Positions 1-8,836 of a stretch of DNA of 64,000 nucleotides are shown one piece after another. A program made the position numbers and the translations under genes. The notes beneath the pieces are model-generated. The model saw only the letters and a program-made list of their open reading frames with translations. It was not told where the DNA came from and did not search any database. The DNA comes from Verrucomicrobiia bacterium (lineage in GTDB: Bacteria > Verrucomicrobiota > Verrucomicrobiia > Limisphaerales > UBA8199): contig DATGLT010000242.1 of NCBI GenBank assembly GCA_035294005.1, forward strand, positions 2,159-66,158, written 5' to 3'. How positions within the stretch are numbered: position 1 is the first letter of the stretch; each line of letters starts with the position of its first letter.

Positions 1-167
1 CAGGTGACCCACAGGCGGGCGCTGTGGAACTTGCCCTGTGGCCGTTTTGGATACAGCCATTTGCGCCGGCCATCCCGTTCGGCTGTGGCGATCTGATTCC
101 GGAAATCCACCTCAGGCATTGATCGCGCCTGGCGGATTGCCGGTCGTTCTGTCGCGGGTGCGGACAT
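1..167 (-). CDS. ccoG: cytochrome c oxidase accessory protein CcoG/FixG, N-terminal fragment running off the window
   Basis: Manual minus-strand translation from ATG at 167..165 gives MSAPATERPAIRQARSMPEVDFRNQIATAERDGRRKWLYPKRPQGKFHSARLWV. The RKWLYPKRPxGKF stretch matches the conserved CcoG N-terminus. It lies 3 nt downstream of the ccoP stop. Confidence 0.6.
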   Translation of the reverse strand, partial: MSAPATERPAIRQARSMPEVDFRNQIATAERDGRRKWLYPKRPQGKFHSARLWVT

Positions 168-170
168 CAA

Positions 171-764
171 CTACTCAAATTCGCTCGGGCCGGTCTTGAC
201 CGGCGCCTGGTTTTCCGGCGGCTTGGGATTCTTGGGGTTTGAGCCCCTCAACGTGTAAATGTAACTGCCGACCGAGTAAATCGCCTCCGGCTTGAGGGTT
301 CCTTTCCAGGTCACCATTCCTTTGGCGGGGACTCCGTTCCAAATCGTTGTAAGGTTGTCGACAAAGTTGGATCCATGGATCCAGTAATCGTCGCATAGAT
401 TTGGCCCGACCAATCCCCCGCCATCCGCCCGGTGACAGGGGGCGCAAAGTTTGGAAAAAGTCTCCTTTCCCTGGGCGAGAACCGCGGGATCCTTGGAGGG
501 CGCCAGCGAGGCCATGTTTTTTTCAAAGGCGCCCATGGCCTGGGCTTTCACCGCCTCACCGACGGTCATCTCGTCACGGTATTGAGCTTCCATGATTTTG
601 CCTTTGCCTAGAACGTGGTAGTAGCCCATGTAGGCGAAGGCAAAGAGGATGCTCAGGTTGAACAGCCAGACCCACCATCGCGGGAGTTTGTTGTCGAGTT
701 CCTGGATCCCGTCGTATTCGTGATCGAGCAACAACGGGTCTTTGTTTTCTTTGCCGTCATTCAT
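171..764 (-). CDS. ccoP: cbb3-type cytochrome c oxidase subunit CcoP-like, mono-heme (197 aa)
   Basis: Track ORF 171..830 trimmed to ATG 764, with AGGAGG about 9 nt upstream. The N-terminus DHEYDGIQELDNKLPRWW plus one TM helix is the CcoP signature. It has a single heme-c site, CAPCH. Confidence 0.85.
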   Translation of the reverse strand: MNDGKENKDPLLLDHEYDGIQELDNKLPRWWVWLFNLSILFAFAYMGYYHVLGKGKIMEAQYRDEMTVGEAVKAQAMGAFEKNMASLAPSKDPAVLAQGKETFSKLCAPCHRADGGGLVGPNLCDDYWIHGSNFVDNLTTIWNGVPAKGMVTWKGTLKPEAIYSVGSYIYTLRGSNPKNPKPPENQAPVKTGPSEFE

Positions 765-954
765 GGTGATTGCCTCCTGGTTGAAGCGGTTCGGGATCTG
801 AATCCAAAGCCACCTTGGACATATATTCAATGTGGGTTTTCTTCTGTATGAAGGTCCAGAAAAGGACGCCTAAAAAAACCGTGCAGAAAAGGCATAACGA
901 CACGATGCCGAAGTGCTGCACTCCACCGATGTGCCTTAGAATGCTGTGAATCAT
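757..954 (-). CDS. small single-TM protein in the CcoQ/FixQ position (65 aa)
   Basis: ATG at 954 inside track ORF 757..1215. It has one hydrophobic helix (FGIVSLCLFCTVFLGVLFW) followed by IQKK. It sits between ccoNO and ccoP and overlaps the ccoP start by 8 nt. Confidence 0.55.
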   Translation of the reverse strand: MIHSILRHIGGVQHFGIVSLCLFCTVFLGVLFWTFIQKKTHIEYMSKVALDSDPEPLQPGGNHHE

Positions 955-964
955 AACTTTTGGA

Positions 965-3181
965 TCAATTGGTTGACTGGGCCGATGCCAGCGTGTTTGT
1001 GGCGGGCATCGCTTTGATGTCCGTTCCGAGCCGCTGAAGGTATGCAATGACCGCCACGATTTCCCGGTCCGCCGGCGCGTTTGTGACGGATCCCACCGCC
1101 AGGTTCGCCACGACTTTGCTCGATTGCGCCGCGGTGCTCTTGGCGGAGTCGCGGATCTGTTCGTCTGTGTACGGCACGCCCACTTTGCGCAACGCGCGCA
1201 TGCGGTCGACGACAACGGTGGTGTCGAGCTTCTGGCTCAACAGCCACGGGTAGTTCGGCATAATCGATCCGGGAGAGGTCGAACGCGGATTTTCCAAATG
1301 ATTGTAATGCCACGCGTCCGGATATTTTCCACCGATACGATGCAGGTCCGGTCCGGTCCGTTTGGAACCCCACAGGAACGGATGATCGTAAACGAACTCG
1401 CCGACCTTGGAATACTCGCCATACCGTTCGGTTTCGGATCTGAACGGCCGAATCATTTGGGAATGGCAGCCGACGCATCCCTCGCGGATGTAGATGTCCC
1501 GCCCGAGCACTTCCAGCGGCGTGTACGGTTTAACGCTCGCAATCGTGGGCACATTTTCTTTGATGAGGAACATGGGAATGATTTCAATCAGGCCGCCCAC
1601 CAGCACAGCGAAGGCCGCGAGCACCGTGAAAGTGACCGGCACACCCTCCAGCCAGCGATGACCGAGCCGGGGCGATTCCGAACTCGCCACCGCTCGCAAC
1701 GAAGGCGCCGAGGCTTCCTGGTCCCCAATAAACCGGCCGGCCTTTGCGGTGCGATAAAGGTTAATCATCATCAGGACGATCCCGGTAATGTAAAGGGAGC
1801 CGCCAATCGCGCGGAGTTCGTACATCGGGATCAGCCGTATCGTTGTCTCCAAAAAGTTCGGGTACTGAAGAAACCCGTCCTTGTTGAACTGTTTCCACAT
1901 GAGTCCCTGCGTGATCCCGCTGGTATACATTGGGATCACGTAAAACATCATCCCCAGCAGGCCGATCCAGAAATGGTAGTTAGCCAGCTTGGTCGACCAA
2001 AGCCGGGTGTTGTACAGGCGCGGGAACAGCCAGTAGAGCATCGAGAAGGTAAGAAAGCCGTTCCAGCCCAACGCGCCGGTGTGCACGTGAGCGATCGTCC
2101 AATCCGTGTAATGAGAGAGAGCATTGACGCTTTTGATCGCGAGTGTCGGCCCTTCCAACGTGGCCATCCCGTAAGCCGTGACCGCCACGACCATGAACTT
2201 CAGCATCGGCTCCTCCCTCACCTTGTCCCAGGCACCGCGCAGGGTCAGTAATCCGTTGAGCATGCCGCCCCAGGACGGGGCGACCAGCATGACCGAGAAA
2301 ACCATGCCCAGCGATTGCGCCCAATCCGGCAGAGCCGTGTAGAGCAAGTGATGCGGGCCGGCCCAAATATAGATAAAAATCAGGCCCCAGAAATGAATGA
2401 TTGAGAGCCGATAGGAAAACACGGGCCGGTTGGCGGCTTTGGGCAGGAAATAATACATCAGGCCGAGGTACGGCGTGGTCAGAAAGAACGCCACGGCGTT
2501 GTGGCCGTACCACCATTGGACCAGGGCGTCCTGCACTCCCGCGTAAATCGAGTAGCTCTTGAAAGCGCCGGCGGGGATTTCAAGCGAGTTGACGATGTGC
2601 AGCAGCGCCACGGTAATGGCGGTGGAAATATAGAACCAAATCGCCACATACATGTGCTTCTCGCGACGCTTCACGATCGTCCCTAGCAGGTTGATCGTGA
2701 AAGCAACCCAAATGACAGCAATCGCGATGTCGATGGGCCATTCCAGCTCGGCGTATTCCTTGCTGGTTGTCAGCCCCAGGGGGAGCGTGATCGCAGCGCT
2801 GACGATGATCGCTTGCCAGCCCCAAAAATTAATCCAGCTCAAGGCGTCGCTGAACATCCGGGCCTTGCACAACCGCTGCAGCGAATAGTAGATGCCGCAG
2901 AACATCCCGTTCCCGACAAACGCAAAAATGACCGCGTTTGTGTGGAGCGGCCTGATCCGGCCAAATGTCGCAAAGGGAGTGTCCAGATTAAGCTGCGGCC
3001 AAAACAGCTGGCAGGCAATCAACAGTCCCGCGGCGGTGCCGACAAAACCCCAAATGACGGTTGCAATGGCAAATGCGCGGACGATGTGATTGTCGTATTT
3101 GAACGTTTCTATGGCGGCGGACGCCCGGCCGCGCTCGCGTCCGAGGGTGATGCCGCCCATGGTGGCTGAATCTGCGCTCAT
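965..3181 (-). CDS. ccoNO: fused cbb3-type cytochrome c oxidase subunits I+II (CcoN-CcoO), 738 aa
   Basis: The N-terminal roughly 500 aa is a multi-TM heme-copper oxidase subunit I of the CcoN type. The C-terminal part has one TM (VTFTVLAAFAVLVGGLIEIIPMF) and the heme-c site CVGCHSQMIRPF typical of CcoO. The start overlaps the ccoS stop (ATGA). Confidence 0.9.
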   Translation of the reverse strand: MSADSATMGGITLGRERGRASAAIETFKYDNHIVRAFAIATVIWGFVGTAAGLLIACQLFWPQLNLDTPFATFGRIRPLHTNAVIFAFVGNGMFCGIYYSLQRLCKARMFSDALSWINFWGWQAIIVSAAITLPLGLTTSKEYAELEWPIDIAIAVIWVAFTINLLGTIVKRREKHMYVAIWFYISTAITVALLHIVNSLEIPAGAFKSYSIYAGVQDALVQWWYGHNAVAFFLTTPYLGLMYYFLPKAANRPVFSYRLSIIHFWGLIFIYIWAGPHHLLYTALPDWAQSLGMVFSVMLVAPSWGGMLNGLLTLRGAWDKVREEPMLKFMVVAVTAYGMATLEGPTLAIKSVNALSHYTDWTIAHVHTGALGWNGFLTFSMLYWLFPRLYNTRLWSTKLANYHFWIGLLGMMFYVIPMYTSGITQGLMWKQFNKDGFLQYPNFLETTIRLIPMYELRAIGGSLYITGIVLMMINLYRTAKAGRFIGDQEASAPSLRAVASSESPRLGHRWLEGVPVTFTVLAAFAVLVGGLIEIIPMFLIKENVPTIASVKPYTPLEVLGRDIYIREGCVGCHSQMIRPFRSETERYGEYSKVGEFVYDHPFLWGSKRTGPDLHRIGGKYPDAWHYNHLENPRSTSPGSIMPNYPWLLSQKLDTTVVVDRMRALRKVGVPYTDEQIRDSAKSTAAQSSKVVANLAVGSVTNAPADREIVAVIAYLQRLGTDIKAMPATNTLASAQSTN

Positions 3182-3354
3182 GTGTTTCTCTCAGGTGTTT
3201 GGTTTGTGGATATGGGTTCTTCTTCGCTCAGAATCCGCATCGAAGGCGTGCAGGTGTCTTCGAATTGGCCCGCTTTGACTGCCCAGAAGAAGCAGCACAG
3301 GAAAACAGTCGCCAGGGTAAGGCTGACAAAAATAAGCAAAAAGATGACCAGCAT
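3178..3354 (-). CDS. ccoS: cbb3 oxidase maturation protein CcoS/FixS (58 aa)
   Basis: MLVIFLLIFVSLTLATVFLCCFFWAVKAGQFEDTCTPSMRIL matches the CcoS pattern of one TM followed by W-A-V-(K/R)-x-G-Q-(F/Y)-(D/E)-D. ATG 3354 was chosen, 11 nt after the ccoI stop. Confidence 0.8.
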   Translation of the reverse strand: MLVIFLLIFVSLTLATVFLCCFFWAVKAGQFEDTCTPSMRILSEEEPISTNQTPERNT

Positions 3355-3365
3355 AGGAATGGCGC

Positions 3366-5903
3366 TTATGAGGGAGTTGCCGGAGTCAGTCCGGCGCGTT
3401 TTGCCGCCCAGGTTGTCATTCCGCAACCAAACAGCAGAACCGTCAGCGAGCTCAACGGCATCAGGACTGCACAGATGAGCGGCGACAGAATTCCAGCGGC
3501 GGCAATCGAGATCCCCGCGGCGTTGTACAGAGCCGAGATTCCGAAACTCGCCCGAACCACGCGTGTAGACGAGCGCGCAAAGCGAAGGATTTGCTCCAGC
3601 CTCGCGACGTTGCCCGCCTCCAGGATGATGTCGCTGGCCGGAGAAAAAACGCCCGTTCGTTCCACGACCGCCACACCTACGTCACTCTGGCGTAGCGCCC
3701 CGGAGTCATTCAATCCATCACCCACCATCATGACGCGTTTGCCGCCTTCCTGGAGTTTCTGAATGAACGCCAGCTTTTCGAGCGGGCCCTGGTTGAAGTG
3801 CAGCCGCGCACCTTTTCCGAACAGCGCCAAAAAACGCGATCGCTCACGTTCGTTGTCCCCGCTCAGCAGGGATAACTCGTACCGGCCGCCCAGGTCCGCA
3901 AACGCTTCTTCGGTCTGAGGCCTTAAGGCGTTGGAAAACACGAACGCCCCGCGGGGTTTTCCGTCAATGGCAACAAAAGAGGTGCTTCCCTGACTTAATT
4001 GGTGCGGGTCCACGTGAATCCCAAGCCTCTCCAGCCAGGTTCGAGAGCCGAGTTGAACAAGGTGCCCGGCAATCCGGCCCTTGAGGCCTCCACCCGGAAC
4101 TTCGGCGAAGTCACGGATTTCAGCCGGCGCCTTGGTTGGATTGGAAAGCGCAGTGGCGATTTGCCGAGAATGCGGATGTGTTGATTGCGCAGCCAGAGCG
4201 CAGACCCAGGCGCGTTCATCCGTGCTCAAGCACTGTTGCCCGAAACGGCCTGGTTCGAACCTCACCTCCAGCCCCTGGGAACAGGTCAGCGTGCCGGTTT
4301 TGTCGAAGACAATTGCGTTCACTTCGGCGAGCCGTTCGAGGACAAATATGTTCTTCAGATACACCTGCTTTTTGCCAAGCGCACGTTGAGCTGTGCCCAA
4401 AGCAAAAGGCGCCGCCAATGCAAGGGCGCACGGGCAGGCGACGATCAGGACCGAAGTAAAGGCCTTGAATCCCCGGCTGGCATCGCCTCGCAACATCCAG
4501 AACAGCGCGGAGGTAATCGCAATCCCAATCACGATCTTCGTGAACCGCCTGCTGTAGCGGTTCGTTAGCGTGTTCAGATCCTCGCGTTTCTTCTTGGCGA
4601 ATGCGTCATGATTCCAAAGAGAAGTCAGGTAACTTTGCGAAACGGGTTTGACGGTTTGGATCTCAATCCTGCTGCCGATTTGCTGGCCGCCCGCATAGAG
4701 ATAATCGCCCGGGTTCTTTTCGACCGGCTCGGATTCGCCGGTGACGAAACTGTAATCGATTAGACCGCAGCCGGACACGAGCCGGGAATCAGCCGGGATC
4801 AACTCGCCGTTCCGCACAACGACCCTGTCACCCACTTCCAGGCTCGACAGGGCGACATTTCTTTCGCCGCGTTCTTCGAGGCGTTTGATCGACAACGGGA
4901 AAAAGGATTTGTAATCGCGGTCAAAAGCAAGGCGTTCATGGGTGACCTGCTGAAATGCGCGCCCACAGAGCAGCAGAAAGACCAGGCCGGCCAGTGAATC
5001 TGCATAACCTTCCCCGCGCCCCCAGATCACTTCAAACAGACTCCGCGAGTACAAGGCGAACAATCCCAGTGCGATCGGGACCTCGAGAGTCAGGATCCTG
5101 CTTCTCAACGCGAGGCCCGCCGCGCGCCAATAGTCGGCGGCGCTGTAGATCAGCACGGGCGCCGCCAGCACCAGCCCGAGATAACCGAAAAGCGTCTTGA
5201 ACGCCGGGCCGCTAAACTTATCCATTCCCAGGTAGGCCGGCAGGCTGAAGAGCATGATATTGCCGAACGCGAACCCGGCCACGCCGATTTGAAGCCAGGC
5301 TCGCTTATGGGTCGCTCGCGCGGGCGGCTTGTCCAATCGCGCGTAATTCAGCTCCGGCTCGTATCCGATTGACACCAGCAAACCAACCAACTGGCTGAGC
5401 CTGATTCCTTGCGCTTCGTAGCGCACAGAAAGTTCCCGGCGCGGAAAATTCACCTCGGATTTGCCTATCCCGGGCAACAATCGAAACAGATTCTCCAACA
5501 GCCAAACGCAAGCCACGCAGTGAATTCCCGGAACATGGAAGGTGATTCGGTTCGTACGGCCATCGGAAAAATCAAGCAGCCGGTTTTGAATCTCCGGGTC
5601 ATCCAGGTAAGCCCAATCGTTGCCCCGTTTCGGCGCCTTCACCTTCACCCCCGGATGGCGGCTCAAACCGTAAAACTGCTCCATTCCGTTCTCTTTCAGC
5701 AAATCGTGAACGAAAAGGCATCCCTGGCAGCAAAACGATTTTTGGTCTTCAACCAATTGGGTTTCGCGACACGGTTCTCCGCAATGGTAACAAGCCGCGG
5801 CATGCTCGACCGTATCCGACCCGCCCCCGAGGACCCGAGAAAGGCCGGCCACCGCCCGCGTCAGGCCGGGCTCCGGTAATCTTTTATCCAGGACACTATC
5901 CAT
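3366..5903 (-). CDS. ccoI: copper-translocating P-type ATPase, CcoI/FixI type (845 aa)
   Basis: Contains an N-terminal CYHCGEPC motif, the CPC transport motif (ACPCALALA), the DKTGTLT phosphorylation site and the GDGLNDSGAL hinge. Start taken at ATG 5903 (MDSVLDK). It is the first gene of the cco cluster. Confidence 0.9.
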   Translation of the reverse strand: MDSVLDKRLPEPGLTRAVAGLSRVLGGGSDTVEHAAACYHCGEPCRETQLVEDQKSFCCQGCLFVHDLLKENGMEQFYGLSRHPGVKVKAPKRGNDWAYLDDPEIQNRLLDFSDGRTNRITFHVPGIHCVACVWLLENLFRLLPGIGKSEVNFPRRELSVRYEAQGIRLSQLVGLLVSIGYEPELNYARLDKPPARATHKRAWLQIGVAGFAFGNIMLFSLPAYLGMDKFSGPAFKTLFGYLGLVLAAPVLIYSAADYWRAAGLALRSRILTLEVPIALGLFALYSRSLFEVIWGRGEGYADSLAGLVFLLLCGRAFQQVTHERLAFDRDYKSFFPLSIKRLEERGERNVALSSLEVGDRVVVRNGELIPADSRLVSGCGLIDYSFVTGESEPVEKNPGDYLYAGGQQIGSRIEIQTVKPVSQSYLTSLWNHDAFAKKKREDLNTLTNRYSRRFTKIVIGIAITSALFWMLRGDASRGFKAFTSVLIVACPCALALAAPFALGTAQRALGKKQVYLKNIFVLERLAEVNAIVFDKTGTLTCSQGLEVRFEPGRFGQQCLSTDERAWVCALAAQSTHPHSRQIATALSNPTKAPAEIRDFAEVPGGGLKGRIAGHLVQLGSRTWLERLGIHVDPHQLSQGSTSFVAIDGKPRGAFVFSNALRPQTEEAFADLGGRYELSLLSGDNERERSRFLALFGKGARLHFNQGPLEKLAFIQKLQEGGKRVMMVGDGLNDSGALRQSDVGVAVVERTGVFSPASDIILEAGNVARLEQILRFARSSTRVVRASFGISALYNAAGISIAAAGILSPLICAVLMPLSSLTVLLFGCGMTTWAAKRAGLTPATPS

Positions 5904-6351
5904 GCGTGCACCTTCAGCAGGCTGCTTGCGTTGAGTGAGGTTCGCCGTCGAACGAATGGCGCACCTGCACAACCAGCCGCGAAGTTGAAGTTGAATTGAT
6001 ACTATGTCTATCTGCGTCGATTTAAATAAGCAAACCTATGACACAGATTTTTGCAGCAGGAGAACTTCTCGTCTCACCGTATTTTGCCATTACCTAAGCA
6101 ATTTTTGGTGTGTCCCCTCCCGATGGGTGAGTGCCCCTCCAGCGGCGCGGAAAAAGTAAGACCTCTGGCAGCCAGAAGAAGCCGCTTTGCGGCAACGCGA
6201 TTCACTGTTTTGGGGAGGATTCAAGGATCCACCCCGCGACAGCTGAAGTTCGCGTTATCTGCCTTTGTTCTCCTGGTCTCTCAACCTCATGGTTCCGGCT
6301 CAGGAGTCCGGAAACGCGGCGCTTCCCCGAGTTTTCCCGCGTCGCCGCTAC

Positions 6352-6699
6352 TCATCCACGAAATGTAAAGTAAGCAGCCCCGACGAGGCAGAGGCCCGCC
6401 CAGAGGTAGTCCAGTTTGAAAGGTTGATGCATGTAGAAGATGGCGAAAGGGACGAAAACAGACAACGTGATAACCTCCTGCAGGATTTTCAATTGGCCGA
6501 GCGTCAGCACCGTATACCCGATCCGGTTGGCTGGGACTTGTAACATGTACTCAAAGAAGGCAATGCCCCAGCTTAGAACCGCGGCGACGTACCATTTCCT
6601 GGTATTCCAGTTTCGGAGATGTGCGTACCACGCGAAGGTCATAAACGTGTTCGAGCAAATCAACAATACAGCAGTCTTCGAAAAAACCAGCCATTTCAT
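6352..6699 (-). CDS. DMT-superfamily small membrane protein (DUF486-like), 115 aa
   Basis: Four predicted TM helices. The N-terminus MKWLVFSKTAVLLICSNTFMTFAWYAHLR resembles the DUF486/DMT family. Confidence 0.7.
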   Translation of the reverse strand: MKWLVFSKTAVLLICSNTFMTFAWYAHLRNWNTRKWYVAAVLSWGIAFFEYMLQVPANRIGYTVLTLGQLKILQEVITLSVFVPFAIFYMHQPFKLDYLWAGLCLVGAAYFTFRG

Positions 6700-6816
6700 G
6701 GTTCAATAATAGCATTAGGAGCAAATTTGCAGAGCGGGATCGCAGCCGTTTGACGGAAAGCGCCTGGTTGAGATCCGGCGCCCCCGGCGTCATTCGTCAT
6801 TGAAAGGGGATGACCC

Positions 6817-8025
6817 CTAATCACTGGTGGGTGCGAGTTCTTCAGCGACGGCGTCGCGCCAGGCATCAATGTGATCGTGCAGCCCAAGCTGCGTGAGATA
6901 CGCCTGGTCGAAGGACGGGGCCGCCCCCGGGATGGCGTCCTCCGACAATTCGTGTTCAATGACGTCGGCCGCATGAACGGCTGTCAATGGGCTGAGCGCG
7001 GGATGGTCGCTCTTGCATGGGTGATGATGGAACGCAACCGCTTCGACAATGGGAACAGGCAAGCCCCAAAGACTGAGCAAATAAGCGGCAACCCCTCCGT
7101 GGTGCGCGCCAAAAACTTCCAGTTCGGCTTGTTCGGACGGGATTCCGCGGTCAATGGAGATTTGAAGGCTTTGCTGAAAACTCTTGGGCAGGCTGTCGGC
7201 CAGCATGAGTTTTCCGAGATCGTGAAGCATGCCTGCAATGTGGGCCTCTTCGATTTCCGCTGGGTCGGCGTGTTCGGCCCGCATAATGACCGTTGCGATC
7301 ATTCCGCTTCGAACAGTGTGGGTCCAGAGGCTTTCAATACAGAATTCCTTCAGTTTCAAATGTTCGAACGACCGGAAAATGTGGGCCGAGAGGGCCAGCG
7401 ATCGCACAGCGGACAGGCCGACGAACTGAACGGCTTCGAAGAGGTTGCCTGCCTTGGCGGCCCGGCCACCCGCGGCTGAATTGGCGATCTGCAGCAACTT
7501 GGCCGTCATGCTGGGGTCTTCATCGATAATTTCCGCCAATCGTTCGATCGAAGGATCTTCCCGCCCGAGTTCGATCATGATTTCGTGATAAACGGTGGGG
7601 AAAGATGGCAAGACCCGCATCTGCCCGACCAATGCCTGCAGTTTTTCGTCCTTCAGGTAGGCATCCAATCCGCCAAGCCGGACCAGGGTAGCCTTGAGCG
7701 TCTTGAGTTCAAACGGTTTGGCAATGAATTGGTGGATCGAGTCCAGGCTTTTTGCGATTTCCGCCTGGTCGCTCAACCCTGAAAGAATGACGCGCGAACA
7801 GCGCGGATGTAATTGACGTACGGAGCCCATCAATTCGATGCCGCTCATCCCGGGCATTCTCATGTCGGACACAACCACCTCGAAGGGTTCAGCTTCCAGG
7901 AGTTGCAACGCTTCACTTCCATCTGCCGCTCCGACGGCTTCCCAACCCTCCTCACCTTGCATCATCATCAGATAAACCTGGCGCAGGAGCGCGTTGTCCT
8001 CGACAAAGAGAATTCGCTTTTTCAT
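6817..8025 (-). CDS. response regulator receiver + HDOD domain protein (402 aa)
   Basis: ATG 8025 gives MKKRILFVEDNALLRQ...VVSDMRMPGMSG (receiver domain). The C-terminal part has the HDOD-like pattern (VLPSFPTVYHEIM..., GMLHDLGKL, FGAHHGGVAAYLLSLWGLP). Confidence 0.8.
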   Translation of the reverse strand: MKKRILFVEDNALLRQVYLMMMQGEEGWEAVGAADGSEALQLLEAEPFEVVVSDMRMPGMSGIELMGSVRQLHPRCSRVILSGLSDQAEIAKSLDSIHQFIAKPFELKTLKATLVRLGGLDAYLKDEKLQALVGQMRVLPSFPTVYHEIMIELGREDPSIERLAEIIDEDPSMTAKLLQIANSAAGGRAAKAGNLFEAVQFVGLSAVRSLALSAHIFRSFEHLKLKEFCIESLWTHTVRSGMIATVIMRAEHADPAEIEEAHIAGMLHDLGKLMLADSLPKSFQQSLQISIDRGIPSEQAELEVFGAHHGGVAAYLLSLWGLPVPIVEAVAFHHHPCKSDHPALSPLTAVHAADVIEHELSEDAIPGAAPSFDQAYLTQLGLHDHIDAWRDAVAEELAPTSD

Positions 8026-8104
8026 GACCCGCTCGACCGTTTTGGAAATGCCAAAGTTGCAAGCGCCCCAACGAATGCCGGAGGTTCCAGTCCGGACCCC
8101 GCCG

Positions 8105-8392
8105 CTATTCGACAATTTTAGGGACCATGAACAGGCCATTGGCCTGTGCCGGCGCATTCTGCAGGGCTTCTTCGTGGCTCATCGAGGGGCGAATGACGTC
8201 AGGCCGGGTCACGTTGATGAGGGGAAAAGCGTGGGCAGTCGGTTCAATGCCCGACACATCGAGTTCTTTGAGTTTTTCGATGTAGCCCAGGACATTGCCG
8301 AGTTGGGTGCCAAACTTTTGCGTTTCCTCAGGCGTCAGCGAAAGCCGCGCCAGGTGCGCGACATAAGCAACATCGATATCAACTTGAGCCAT
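8105..8392 (-). CDS. gatC: Asp-tRNA(Asn)/Glu-tRNA(Gln) amidotransferase subunit C
   Basis: 95 aa. VAHLARLSLTPEETQKFGTQLGNVLGYIEKLKELDVSGIEPTAH is the canonical GatC pattern. Confidence 0.9.
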   Translation of the reverse strand: MAQVDIDVAYVAHLARLSLTPEETQKFGTQLGNVLGYIEKLKELDVSGIEPTAHAFPLINVTRPDVIRPSMSHEEALQNAPAQANGLFMVPKIVE

Positions 8393-8448
8393 AGCGATCC
8401 AACTTCAAGGGAATGCTATCATCGCGAGGTTTGCCCGGCTATCGAAAC

Positions 8449-8712
8449 TCAATCCTCGTCAAACTTGCGTTTGATCAAGGTTTCCAATTCGGCCAATGCC
8501 TGGGAAGCGTCGTTGCCGTCGGCGTAGATTGTCAATTTGCTGCCCGGCCCCGCGGCGAGCATCATCAAACCCATGATGCTTTTGCCGTTCACCTTCTCGC
8601 CGTCTTTTTCGACAAAGATGTCGCAGGAAAATCGATTCGCGGTTTGAACGAACTTGGCCGCGGGTCGCGCGTGAATTCCCAGTTTATTGCACACCAGGAA
8701 ATCTTTCGTCAT
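8449..8712 (-). CDS. ptsH: HPr-family phosphocarrier protein (87 aa)
   Basis: Contains the active-site His context NKLGIHARPAAKF and the regulatory Ser context NGKSIMGLMML. Start taken at ATG 8712; the track ORF extends to 8748. Confidence 0.85.
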   Translation of the reverse strand: MTKDFLVCNKLGIHARPAAKFVQTANRFSCDIFVEKDGEKVNGKSIMGLMMLAAGPGSKLTIYADGNDASQALAELETLIKRKFDED

Positions 8713-8836
8713 GGTTGAATCGCTACCCGCTAGCTTCTTTGCACTCATTGTGCTTTGCAGTATAGGTAGCTGATGGCCGCAATTTTTGCCACTGAAATCT
8801 CCGAATTCCGGCCATTTTCATGGGTTTTTCCGCCGG

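Noticed and set aside
1124-2251. 375-aa ORF antisense to ccoNO, plus similar antisense ORFs at 8924..9781 (vs hprK), 15601..16479 (vs protease), 27663..28712 (vs ctp) and 17258..18037 (vs modB)
   Set aside because: The first three are codon-aligned shadow ORFs of genes with strong family signatures. The other two are Arg/Pro/Ser-rich low-complexity translations typical of out-of-frame GC-rich DNA. None has independent support.
4252-4260. GGTTCGAAC T-loop-like strings (also at 31732..31740) that might indicate tRNA genes
   Set aside because: Both lie inside well-supported CDSs (ccoI, galM). The flanking bases cannot form a T-stem or the rest of a cloverleaf.
5984-6030. FNR/FixK-type box upstream of the cco cluster
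   Set aside because: A TTGAT half-site is present (5996..6000), but no ATCAA partner occurs at N4 spacing. Neighbouring TTGA repeats do not form the palindrome, so oxygen-regulator binding cannot be supported from sequence.
8788-8794. GCCACTG (B12-box-like core) upstream of ptsH
   Set aside because: It is on the plus strand, whereas both flanking genes are on the minus strand. The spacer is about 90-125 nt and no other cobalamin-riboswitch elements are present. This is a coincidental heptamer.
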